Assembly: GCA_050309605.1 (NCBI GenBank)
Contig: JBNRMN010000033.1
Coordinates: forward strand, 32,001 to 96,000
Direction of reading: 5' to 3'
DNA: 64,000 bases
Source: Anaerohalosphaeraceae bacterium
GTDB taxonomy: Bacteria > Planctomycetota > Phycisphaerae > Sedimentisphaerales > Anaerohalosphaeraceae
Below, piece after piece: positions 1-8,829 of the stretch; the first letter of the stretch is position 1, and every line of letters begins with the position of its first letter. Position numbers and translations under genes: made by a program. The notes under the pieces were generated by a model. It saw nothing but the letters and a program-made list of their open reading frames with translations, was not told the origin of the DNA and made no database searches.

Positions 1-1217
1 TTGAAATAGCAAAAACCGCCAAAGACCCGCCGCTCGGCGTGATGGCCCGGCGGCCGGCACAGCGCGTAGGCCAGGCGGCGTCCGCGCAGCACCTGTTCGG
101 CGGCCGTCAGGGCCACGTCCACCGCCGCCTTGGCCGCATCAAAGGCGTTGCGATCCAGCGGGGTGAAGGTATCGATACAGTAATACCCCGCCCGAACCGC
201 CAGGTCTTTGGGGCGTCGTTCGGGACGTCGAATCGGAAACACATACGGATACACCGGCCGTTTGCCGTGCAGTTTCTGGCAGACTGCTTTGAGATAATTG
301 ACAAAATCCGTATCATGCACAGCGGCGATGTATTCCTGGCCGAAGTGCTTTACGCCGACCGCCTCAAACAGTCCCGTCGCTTCCAGCCCCTGACGAATCA
401 CGCCCACCCGCGCCGGCCGTTCCACATAGCCGCGTTCGTGAACGTGATGAACCTGATGGGCGTCGCAACTGACCATCACAAACGCTTTTTCAAGCCGTTG
501 GCTTTTATGATGGGCCGTCGCCGGCGTTTCGCTTTTGACATATTTCGGCGGTCGCAGCCGCACCGGATCGTCAATGACCGATTCGACGACGCGCTCAATA
601 TAATCCGGCGAGACCAGATGACTGTATTTCTTGGTCAGGATCGTTCGCATGGCCGCTCGACATTGCGATCGGCTCAGCGGCGCATCACGATCCAGCCCGT
701 CGTACAACAGATACGGCGCCGGCGACTCATCGATGGGCGTTTCATATTCGGTGCCGATAATCGGACGGGCGCCGTAACTTTCATAAAAGCGAAGACGCCG
801 CTGATTTTCTTTGAGCAGGACCGGATCGCGGACGACCTTCGGATCATCCGGCAGGGCCTCCAGGTACAACCCGAGCGCCCCGGCCTGCCTGAGATAGTCG
901 CGTGTGGCCTCATACAGTGCACTGCCGGCGCCGCCGCCGCGAATGTCCCGACGGACCGCCATAAAATCGAGCAGTCCGCTTCGAATCGTCGGAAAATACA
1001 GGGCCAGCGAAAATCCCGTTACATGTCCCAGCGAGGTTTCCGAGACCAGAAGTCCCGTTGTGTAACCGTACTGGATGGGATTGTCCAGCAGGCTGGGGAT
1101 TTTCTCGGCATAGTCGGCCACTGCCGCGAAATTCTGACGAAAGATCTCCTGCACCTGTGCGATGCGTTCCTTTTCAATCGGCAGTAAATGGCGATAGATG
1201 CGAACAATGCGAATCAT
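1..1217 (-). CDS. GNAT acetyltransferase / histone-deacetylase-family (acetylpolyamine amidohydrolase-like) fusion protein, 3'-truncated by the window edge
   Basis: Not in the ORF track because it has no stop in the window. Hand translation from ATG 1217 stays open to base 1: MIRIVRIYRH... It has a GNAT acetyl-CoA motif (DFMAVRRDIRGGGAGSALY, RLRFYESYG), then HDAC motifs (ERPARV, AVHDTDFVNYL, IDTFTPL, AYALCRPPGHHAE, FGGFCYF). Confidence 0.88.
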   Translation of the reverse strand, partial: MIRIVRIYRHLLPIEKERIAQVQEIFRQNFAAVADYAEKIPSLLDNPIQYGYTTGLLVSETSLGHVTGFSLALYFPTIRSGLLDFMAVRRDIRGGGAGSALYEATRDYLRQAGALGLYLEALPDDPKVVRDPVLLKENQRRLRFYESYGARPIIGTEYETPIDESPAPYLLYDGLDRDAPLSRSQCRAAMRTILTKKYSHLVSPDYIERVVESVIDDPVRLRPPKYVKSETPATAHHKSQRLEKAFVMVSCDAHQVHHVHERGYVERPARVGVIRQGLEATGLFEAVGVKHFGQEYIAAVHDTDFVNYLKAVCQKLHGKRPVYPYVFPIRRPERRPKDLAVRAGYYCIDTFTPLDRNAFDAAKAAVDVALTAAEQVLRGRRLAYALCRPPGHHAERRVFGGFCYF

Positions 1218-1258
1218 CGTGCCCTCGTTTGGCTTCGGGTGGCCTTCAAAATCGGCAT

Positions 1259-2653
1259 TTATATATCGAACGGTAAACCGGTTCGTCCGCACGCGCCGTT
1301 GCGCGGGGCGATTTTTTCACGGCGTTTGATGCGGCCGTTGCGCGCCGGCAGTATGACGGATGCCTGACCGGCGGCCAATTCCCACACGCCCGGTTCGCCG
1401 GCGGGGGCGGCTGCGGACGGCTCGGCTTCAGCGCCGGGTTCGGGGTAATTGACCAGCAAGCCCTCATAATTGCGCAGCACCGTATGCGTACAACTGGACG
1501 AGACGACATACTGGGGCAATATCGGAATTTTGCCGCCGCCGTGCGGGGCATCGACCACGAACAGCGGAATCGCAATCCCGCTGACCCGACCGCGCAGATA
1601 TTCCATAATCTCCAACCCTTTGCGGATGGAGGTGCGGAAATGTTCCACGCCGCGCACCAGGTCGCATTGATACAGATAATACGGTCGTACGCGCATTTGA
1701 ATCAGGCCGCGGCATAACTGCTCAATGATCGGCGGGCTGTCGTTGACGCCGCGAAGCAATACAGTCTGATTGCCCAGCGGAATGCCCGCATCGGCCAGCG
1801 CGGCGCAGGCGGCTTTGGCCTGTTCGCTTAACTCGTTGGGATGATTAAAGTGCGTATTGATCCACAGCGGATGGTATTTTTTCAGCATGGCCGTCAGTGT
1901 CGGGGTAATCCGCATCGGCAGCACCACCGGCACGCGCGTCCCGATGCGAATGATCTGCACCGTCGGCACCGACCGCAAGGCACTGAGGACGGCCTCGAGA
2001 CCGGCGTCCGACATTGTCAGCGGGTCGCCGCCGGAGACAATCACATCGGAAATTTCCGGATGAGCGGTCAGGTATTCGACCACCTGCTGCAATCGACGCG
2101 ATGAAATCGAGCTTTCGCGTGTGCCGGCGATGCGCTTGCGCGTGCAGTGGCGGCAATACATCGAACACATCGTCGTGGCGATCAGCAGCGCCCGGTCGCG
2201 GTAACGGTGCACCAGCCCCGGCACAGGCATATCGTCGTGTTCTTCCAGCGGGTCGTCGCTCAGCGAGGGCGGATCGAACAACTCCTGCACATTCGGCACA
2301 CTCATCCGAAAGACCGGATCGGACATATCCGCCCGCTGAATCAGCGTCGCATAATACGGGGTAATCGCCATCGGATAGCGGGCGATGACCCTGGCCAATT
2401 CCGCTGAGGCGTTCAGCGACGGCACATAGGCGGCCAATTGCTCCAGCGTGCGGATGCGATGGCGCACCTGCCAGCGCCAATCGTTCCACGGGTGGGTGTG
2501 CAAGGTGTGTTGGTTCTCCCCCGACGGGCCGAATGTGCCCAGACGGCGGGTTGATTTGTCAGAGGGCGCACACGCGGCGACCCTCAACGTACTTGGAGGC
2601 TCGGAGGCCTGTTCTTCGGCGACGCCGTTCTCAACCCGTTCAAATTGCTGCAT
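1259..2653 (-). CDS. kamA: KamA-family radical SAM aminomutase (lysine 2,3-aminomutase-like)
   Basis: Motifs WNDWRWQ, GLVHRYRDR, CSMYCRHC (CxxxCxxC), SGGDPL, YQCD and the PLP-lysine loop DAPHGGGKIP. Start placed at ATG 2653 after an AAAGGA RBS; the ORF-track start at 2878 overlaps tetR. Confidence 0.9.
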   Translation of the reverse strand: MQQFERVENGVAEEQASEPPSTLRVAACAPSDKSTRRLGTFGPSGENQHTLHTHPWNDWRWQVRHRIRTLEQLAAYVPSLNASAELARVIARYPMAITPYYATLIQRADMSDPVFRMSVPNVQELFDPPSLSDDPLEEHDDMPVPGLVHRYRDRALLIATTMCSMYCRHCTRKRIAGTRESSISSRRLQQVVEYLTAHPEISDVIVSGGDPLTMSDAGLEAVLSALRSVPTVQIIRIGTRVPVVLPMRITPTLTAMLKKYHPLWINTHFNHPNELSEQAKAACAALADAGIPLGNQTVLLRGVNDSPPIIEQLCRGLIQMRVRPYYLYQCDLVRGVEHFRTSIRKGLEIMEYLRGRVSGIAIPLFVVDAPHGGGKIPILPQYVVSSSCTHTVLRNYEGLLVNYPEPGAEAEPSAAAPAGEPGVWELAAGQASVILPARNGRIKRREKIAPRNGACGRTGLPFDI

Positions 2654-2718
2654 GGTCAGCATTCCTTTCAAAATGAAAAGAGGGTGTCCTTTCGTATCGT
2701 TTATTATTTTGGTCTGTC

Positions 2719-3396
2719 TTACTGCATTAAAAACATCGTCAGGCTTTTGACAAAACTCTGTCGCAGCGGCTTGATACTGTCGGCGATATCCTGCGGCTCC
2801 ATTCCGATCATGGCGAAGGAAAAGAATCCAAACACAAATCCGGCCACCGCACACGCCAGCCGGCGAATTCGCAGCCAATCCAGCTTCTTTTCGCCCAGAA
2901 ACGGCGTCAACTGACGTTCAATCTCTTCCAGATACCGCGAGAACGGCGCCTCGATCCGGTCGGTGGCCTGACGTTCGAGCTTGAGCAGCAAACGCCCCTG
3001 AAACAGCAGGATAAATTCATCCTGATGATGTCGAAAAAACGCATAATGGGCATTCAAAAAATGCTCCAGCACCTCTTGCAGCGTCGTGGTCGGCTGCGGG
3101 TCACATTCGCGCAGCGTCCCGATTAAATGGTCAATGGCCTGCTCAACCAGTACACCGGCAATATCGTATTTGTCGGTAAAATGCCGATAAAACGTCCCTT
3201 TTCCAAGATCCGCCCGTTCGGTAATCATATCAATTGTGGACGCATCGACGCCGCATTCGCTGAAGATCTCCAGTGCGGCGGTCAGCAGCTTCTTTCGGGT
3301 CTTTGCGGCCCGCTTTTCAGTACGACTGGGCGGGATTGCCGGATTATTGACCGGCACATCGGGACGTTCAATTCGCTTTTGGCCAGTGGTTTCCAT
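2719..3396 (-). CDS. TetR/AcrR family transcriptional regulator
   Basis: N-terminal HTH: TRKKLLTAALEIFSECGVDASTIDMITERADLGKGTFYRHF. Confidence 0.92.
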   Translation of the reverse strand: METTGQKRIERPDVPVNNPAIPPSRTEKRAAKTRKKLLTAALEIFSECGVDASTIDMITERADLGKGTFYRHFTDKYDIAGVLVEQAIDHLIGTLRECDPQPTTTLQEVLEHFLNAHYAFFRHHQDEFILLFQGRLLLKLERQATDRIEAPFSRYLEEIERQLTPFLGEKKLDWLRIRRLACAVAGFVFGFFSFAMIGMEPQDIADSIKPLRQSFVKSLTMFLMQ

Positions 3397-3399
3397 AAC

Positions 3400-3432
3400 T
3401 GACTATTTAGTCATTTATGACCAATTAGTCAA
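3400..3432 (-). promoter_or_regulatory. Tandem palindromic operators overlapping the tetR promoter
   Basis: TGACTATTTAGTCA (3400-3413) and TGACCAATTAGTCA (3418-3431). The minus strand reads TTGACT-N17-TAAATA just before the tetR ATG. Confidence 0.7.
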
Positions 3433-3515
3433 TATATTTTCGGCAAATTTTTTCAAAAGTTCACAATAATTTTCAATTTTTGACGAATTTGTTGTGTTTT
3501 CGAGAAAATCCCGGC

Positions 3516-4514
3516 CTACCACTGTCCGGGCGAGAGGCTGTCTGACAGCGGGGCGTTCCACCAGTCCGGATCGCGGAGATAGTGTTTCATCCACATCGCC
3601 GCGTTGACGCCGTCGGCTACTGCGGTAACCAGCTGCATCGCCGCACCGATGCGGCAGTCGCCGGCTACGAACACGCCGGGCACGTTGGTACGCAAATAGG
3701 CCGTGTCGCACTTGATGAAGCCGGCCTCCGTTAAGTCGATAAACCCCTTCAGGAAATCGGTGTTGGGGACCATCCCCACAAAGATGAACACCCCGTCGCA
3801 GGAGATCGTTTCGGTTTGGTCGGCTTTGACGTTTTTGATGACGGCTCGTTCGACGTGGTCTTTGCCCTCGATGGCGGTCAGCGTCGCGTCCAGACGCAGC
3901 TCGATGTTGGAGCCTTCGGCGTTGACCTTTTGCATCAATTCTTCGACCAGGACCTGTGTGGCGCGAAATTGCTGACGCCGATGCACCATAATGACCTTTT
4001 TGGCGTATTTAGCCAGGTGCAGGGTGTCCTCGACGGCTGTATTGCCGCCGCCGACTGAGACGACCGTTTTGTCCTTGAAAAACGGCGCATCGCAGGTGCC
4101 GCAGTAGCTCACGCCCGCGCCGGCCTGGCGAAACTCTTGCTCTCCGGGCACACCCAAATGGCGGTATGAGCTGCCGGGGGCCAGGATCACCACCCGTCCG
4201 AGATAGATTTCATCGTCCGTGCGGACTTCGATGCGTCCGTCGTCGCGCCGCGTCAGGCCGGAAACCTCGGCGCTGGTTTTGACCTCGCCGCCGAAGGCCT
4301 GGACCTGTTCGAGCATCTTCATCACCAAATCCGGCCCGCCGATCTTGGCATAGCCGGGGTAATTCTCGATGCGGTCGGTGGTGTTGATTTGTCCGCCGGG
4401 GTAAAACTTTTCCAGCAGAATGGTTTTGGCTCGGTCGCGTGCGGCGTACAATCCGCCGCCCAGCCCGGCCGGGCCGGCCCCGACGATGATGCAGTCATAT
4501 TCTTTGTGTGCCAT
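3516..4514 (-). CDS. trxB: Thioredoxin-disulfide reductase
   Basis: GAGPAG, IENYPG, GVSYCGTCD (CxxC), VGGGNTAVED, TNVPGVFVAGD. Start MAHKEYD at 4514. Confidence 0.92.
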   Translation of the reverse strand: MAHKEYDCIIVGAGPAGLGGGLYAARDRAKTILLEKFYPGGQINTTDRIENYPGYAKIGGPDLVMKMLEQVQAFGGEVKTSAEVSGLTRRDDGRIEVRTDDEIYLGRVVILAPGSSYRHLGVPGEQEFRQAGAGVSYCGTCDAPFFKDKTVVSVGGGNTAVEDTLHLAKYAKKVIMVHRRQQFRATQVLVEELMQKVNAEGSNIELRLDATLTAIEGKDHVERAVIKNVKADQTETISCDGVFIFVGMVPNTDFLKGFIDLTEAGFIKCDTAYLRTNVPGVFVAGDCRIGAAMQLVTAVADGVNAAMWMKHYLRDPDWWNAPLSDSLSPGQW

Positions 4515-4561
4515 TGGTGTCCCTTTCGGTTCATTCGCAAAGGCGTTGCGCCCGTGGTCGA

Positions 4562-5890
4562 TTATTGGAAATTTCGTCGCGATGACTGTTCGTAACGTTC
4601 CCCGAAAGTGTTTTTCAACTGTTCGGCCTCGGCCTGTTCCCACAGCCGGGCGGGCTGCTGGGGCACTTGTTCGAAGCGGCCGATATACCGGCCCTGCCGG
4701 TCAAAAATCAATTCATCAAACGACCCGTCCATATGCAGATAGTCAGCCCGGACGACCGTAATTTGATTCGAGGCGCGGACATGACTTTGTTCCGTATCGA
4801 TAACCGCCAGCCGTGTCGGCACGACAAATCCACTGCCGGTCAATACATCAATGATGATTTCAGCGGTGTCGGTGTGCACCACACCGGCGACAAAGGCCGG
4901 CAGCAGCGGCTCAGGCAGCATCATGGCAGTGCGCTGAAGCGCGCGCTCGCGCTCGGTGTTGGTCGTCAGCGTAATCCGCTGTCGGGTACTGGCTCGCAGT
5001 TCAGCCAGCCTCGGCCGTCGGGAACGCGGCGGCCAAGTCTGTGTCGTCCAGGTGAATGTATCCTCTTCGGCGTCCAGCCACAAATCCGACTCGCTGTATG
5101 CGCCGCCAGGCTCCAGATACCGCGTGGTGATGCGATAGTGTCCGTCGGTCTGCTCGTCGTCGTGGTGCGAAAAGAAGCGGTGCTCGATAAAACCCAGCGG
5201 CCTGTCGGCGGTGTCTTTGATCATCAGCCGCATTTCCTGCGGGGCGCTGGCATCGAACAGGTCGGCGGTGTGCCGGTCAAAGGCCTCGTTAAATCGTCCA
5301 ACGGCCTGGGCGCCCGCCTGCAAAGCTGCCGCGCGTTCATACTGCACGCCGGCTGCCAGAGTCCGAAAGACGTTTTCGGCGAACCATCCGTCGCTGCGAT
5401 AGGAGATCAGCAGTTCCAGTTGCCGTCCGAAGTCCAGCGGGGCCACCCCGACCAGATAATCCTGGCCTGTCGGGTCCGGCGTATAGATGCGTCCTGCGAC
5501 CATCGCAATCGGCCCTTCGATCCGGCCGAGCGGAATCAGTCTGCCGCCGGCGCTGTCGGCGCGCGACTGGAGAAGCTGCTCCGGATCGGTCGGTTCATCG
5601 CACAGGGCATAGCGCCAGCGGATATGCATGACCGGACGACCGCCGATGCGCATCAGACTCAACAGGACGAAGGCGTTGTCGCTTTCGAAGCGCCAGCCGC
5701 CGGCCGATTGCCATTGGTCGCCCTGCGGAATCGCCGCCGCCAGGCCGGCGCCCGGCAGCGAGACCGGGTCGCTCAGCGCCACTCGACCCCGCGCCTGAAC
5801 CACCAGCAGCGACAGCCCCAGCCCCAGCGCAAAAATCGCCAGCAGTACCACCTCCACCGCCGAATATCGTTTTAAGACGTCTGTGTCCAT
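4562..5890 (-). CDS. Hypothetical protein with N-terminal membrane anchor
   Basis: Long ORF with host-like composition and one hydrophobic segment (VVLLAIFALGLGLSLLVV). Co-oriented with trxB. Confidence 0.7.
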   Translation of the reverse strand: MDTDVLKRYSAVEVVLLAIFALGLGLSLLVVQARGRVALSDPVSLPGAGLAAAIPQGDQWQSAGGWRFESDNAFVLLSLMRIGGRPVMHIRWRYALCDEPTDPEQLLQSRADSAGGRLIPLGRIEGPIAMVAGRIYTPDPTGQDYLVGVAPLDFGRQLELLISYRSDGWFAENVFRTLAAGVQYERAAALQAGAQAVGRFNEAFDRHTADLFDASAPQEMRLMIKDTADRPLGFIEHRFFSHHDDEQTDGHYRITTRYLEPGGAYSESDLWLDAEEDTFTWTTQTWPPRSRRPRLAELRASTRQRITLTTNTERERALQRTAMMLPEPLLPAFVAGVVHTDTAEIIIDVLTGSGFVVPTRLAVIDTEQSHVRASNQITVVRADYLHMDGSFDELIFDRQGRYIGRFEQVPQQPARLWEQAEAEQLKNTFGERYEQSSRRNFQ

Positions 5891-6154
5891 TCTCTCACCT
5901 TGGCCGCACAAAACCGACGGCCGGTCAATTTGTCAGAAAAATCCATACTCATACCTGTGAAACAATCAACTCATATAAGCCGACTGAATCAATGGCATCT
6001 ACTGTTTCGAAATAAGTTCAACGCTCAAAAGGTTGGTCAATCCAATAAAGGTATATTGTTTAAGAAACGACATCGACCCACTTTATTTGAATAATATCTG
6101 TTTTTTCAATTCACTGGCAACATTGTCACCTTATAATAAATATTTGATTTCTGG

Positions 6155-6889
6155 TCATAGCAAGGCTTTGACTTTAACATAGCTCAGCAATTTTTGATAG
6201 TAATCACGAATAGACTCAAAAGATTTAAATTCACAGCGAGAAGCAATGTTTTCAAAAGTCCTCTTCCGAATTTCTCTTTCGTACTGTTGTTGTTTAATCT
6301 GTGGAGCTACTACAATAAATTTAGCATGAAAATCTTGTAATTCAGAAAATTTAATAAAGGCATTTCTAAAATTTGTTGAACTCTCAACTTCAAATAATCT
6401 CGCAGGGAAAGCCCTTTGATTGAACCAAATCACATCAATATATCTTGCTGTTTCATTAATGATGTGCTTGTATGTAAAGGCAGGGCAGATCTTTATGCTT
6501 GATATAGAACCAAGAGGCTTTCCATTGAATGTTTTCGTTTTGTCAGGGGTGTAAGTACCATACTCTTTGGCTTCTCCAATCTCCAATAAAATACTTTGTA
6601 TTTCGGTATGTACGTATTCTTTGGTTTCTTTTTGGGGTTCTCTTTGGCTGGCCCTGTCAATTTTGTCTAAATAGGTGGTTAAGGCGTATAAACCTAACCC
6701 TATTCTTGAAAATGTCGGGTCTCTTTGTACCCTTTCCTGTATGGTCTTGAAAGGTGTTTTGCCGGTTAATTTGCGATATTTTGATATTTCTTTGTATATA
6801 TATTGCAGCGAAGCCATATAGTTATTATTCAACATGACTTTCTCGATCGCTTTACTGTATGTAATCTTTTTATCTTTGCTGGATGTCAT
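6155..6889 (-). CDS. Winged-HTH (HARE-HTH-like) plus PD-(D/E)XK-type restriction-endonuclease-like protein
   Basis: AT-rich ORF. N-terminal segment TYSKAIEKVM...ASLQYIY...GKTPFKTI...FSRIGLGLYAL; C-terminal IDVIWF...LFEVESST nuclease-like motif. Alternative start at 6910. Confidence 0.6.
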   Translation of the reverse strand: MTSSKDKKITYSKAIEKVMLNNNYMASLQYIYKEISKYRKLTGKTPFKTIQERVQRDPTFSRIGLGLYALTTYLDKIDRASQREPQKETKEYVHTEIQSILLEIGEAKEYGTYTPDKTKTFNGKPLGSISSIKICPAFTYKHIINETARYIDVIWFNQRAFPARLFEVESSTNFRNAFIKFSELQDFHAKFIVVAPQIKQQQYEREIRKRTFENIASRCEFKSFESIRDYYQKLLSYVKVKALL

Positions 6890-7064
6890 TTGATCTCGCT
6901 TCTGTAACATGGTAATCTATAACTTCTAAATAAGGAGATTGCCCATCAGTAATTGCAATCTCGTTTTCCATATCAAACAAAGAAATTACCAATCTTTTTT
7001 CCAGCTCGGTTTCTGATAAAGCAGATCGAACTTCTGCAAATATTGTAACTTGATATTCAGCCAT
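6870..7064 (-). CDS. Small acidic hypothetical protein (64 aa)
   Basis: AT-rich ORF between the guaB stop and the nuclease-like gene, same strand, overlapping the nuclease start. Confidence 0.45.
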   Translation of the reverse strand: MAEYQVTIFAEVRSALSETELEKRLVISLFDMENEIAITDGQSPYLEVIDYHVTEARSNDIQQR

Positions 7065-7110
7065 ATATACTGCCCTGCGTCATCATCAACTATACTAATA
7101 AACTCATATT

Positions 7111-8583
7111 TTACTCAATCGTTTCGGGTCCGGTGTAGTTTGGCGATTCTTTTGTGATGAGGATGTCGTGTGGGTGGGATTCGCTGACGCCTGCGGGGCT
7201 GACGCGGACGAATCGCGCATTTTTTCGCAGTTCGTCGATGGTGCGTGTGCCGCAGTATCCCATTCCCGCTCGGAGGCCGCCGACCAGTTGATAGACGTAC
7301 TGGCTAAGTGTGCCGCGATAGGGCACTCGGCCTTCGACGCCTTCGGGCACGAGTTTGTCGCGCTGGGCGGCGGAGTCCTGTCCGTAGCGGTCGGCCGATC
7401 CCTGGATCATCGCGCCGATGGATCCCATGCCGCGGTATTCCTTGAACTGCCGTCCGCGGTAGATGACAAGCTGTCCGGGACTTTCGGCCAGTCCGGCAAA
7501 CAATGAACCGAGCATGACCGAGGACGCCCCGGCGGCAATCGCCTTGGTCATATCGCCGCTCATCCGCACGCCTCCGTCGGCGATGACCGGTACGCCGTGC
7601 TTGTCGCCGACGGCGGCACACTCCATAATCGCGGAAATCTGCGGCACGCCCACGCCCGAAATGACGCGGGTCGTGCAGATGGCGCCCGGGCCGATGCCGA
7701 TCTTGATTGCATCGGCGCCGGCGGCGATGAGGTCTTCGGCCGCGTCGGCGGTGGCGATATTGCCTGCGATAACGTCAATGTCAAAATTCTCTTTGATCCA
7801 CGCGGCCATCTCCAGCACGTTTTTCGAGTGGCCGTGGGCGGTATCGACGACGATCACATCCACTTCCGCGTCGATCAGTGCCCTGACGCGGTCGCGGTCT
7901 TTGACGCCGACGGCCGCACCGACCCGCAATCGTCCGCGATGATCGCGCACCGCATAGGGAAACTGCTGCACGCGGTCGATGTCCCGCATCGTGATCAGCC
8001 CGGCCAGTTCGCCTTTGTCGTTGACCAGCAGCAGTTTTTCGACGCGGTGTTTTTGCAGGATGTCCTTGGCCTGTTCGAGTGTCGTGCCGGCCGGGCCGGT
8101 AACGAGATTGGTTTGGGTCATTACCTCTCGGATTTGAACGGATTCATCGGTCAGAAACTTCAGATCCCGCCGGGTCAGAATGCCGACCAATTGGGAGCCT
8201 TCGACGATGGGGATGCCGGAGACGTTCTGCTCGTTCATTAACTGAAGGGCGGCTGAGACCGGCAATTCCGGATGTAGTGTGACCGGATCCAGGATCACCC
8301 CGTTCTCGGAGCGTTTGACCTTGGTTACCTCTCGCTGTTGGGCCTCGATGGTCAGGTTCTTGTGGATGATGCCGATGCCGCCTTCCTGAGCGAGGGCGAT
8401 CGCCAGGGCCGCTTCGGTAACGGTATCCATCGCCGCCGAGACCAGCGGGATGTTAATCGTTACGTTGCGGGTCAGTCGGGTTCGGGTATCGGCCTGAGCC
8501 GGCACAAAATCGCTTCGCGCCGGCAGCAGCAGCACATCATCAAAGGTGATTCCTTCGCCGATTATTTTGAGGCTATTGAGCAT
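7111..8583 (-). CDS. guaB: IMP dehydrogenase
   Basis: [18 protein letters not shown] pair, [11 protein letters not shown] catalytic Cys motif, YRGMGS. Start MLNSLK at 8583. Confidence 0.97.
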   Translation of the reverse strand: MLNSLKIIGEGITFDDVLLLPARSDFVPAQADTRTRLTRNVTINIPLVSAAMDTVTEAALAIALAQEGGIGIIHKNLTIEAQQREVTKVKRSENGVILDPVTLHPELPVSAALQLMNEQNVSGIPIVEGSQLVGILTRRDLKFLTDESVQIREVMTQTNLVTGPAGTTLEQAKDILQKHRVEKLLLVNDKGELAGLITMRDIDRVQQFPYAVRDHRGRLRVGAAVGVKDRDRVRALIDAEVDVIVVDTAHGHSKNVLEMAAWIKENFDIDVIAGNIATADAAEDLIAAGADAIKIGIGPGAICTTRVISGVGVPQISAIMECAAVGDKHGVPVIADGGVRMSGDMTKAIAAGASSVMLGSLFAGLAESPGQLVIYRGRQFKEYRGMGSIGAMIQGSADRYGQDSAAQRDKLVPEGVEGRVPYRGTLSQYVYQLVGGLRAGMGYCGTRTIDELRKNARFVRVSPAGVSESHPHDILITKESPNYTGPETIE

Positions 8584-8705
8584 AGGGTTTCTCCAACAAA
8601 CGGTCGTCAAATCCAGTAAAACTCGAAGTATATTGAGCCACCGCCGCTGCGTCAAAGAAAATCCGCATCCGCAGCCGTCACTGAAGCCGCGGCGCAACAA
8701 TTGAC

Positions 8706-8734
8706 TTGACAGATGCGAGTATCTGCCTTTTAAT
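8706..8734 (+). promoter_or_regulatory. Sigma70-type promoter upstream of the heptosyltransferase gene
   Basis: TTGACA (8706-8711), 17-nt spacer, TTTAAT (8729-8734). Confidence 0.5.
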
Positions 8735-8829
8735 GGGGCAAACGGATGTGCAATGTTGAATTATCGGAAACCCATGTTTAGGATCTGTGTTTTGTCTTTT
8801 TGTTCCAAACGTAACAATCGACCCTTGCT

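Noticed and set aside
39..1187. 382-aa plus-strand ORF
   Set aside because: It is the antisense shadow of the GNAT-deacetylase gene, which has clear motifs on the minus strand.
1259..2653. EF-P beta-lysylation enzyme EpmB
   Set aside because: The protein is longer than EpmB, has the KamA-type WNDWRWQ N-terminus and C-terminal extension, and no efp or epmA is adjacent.
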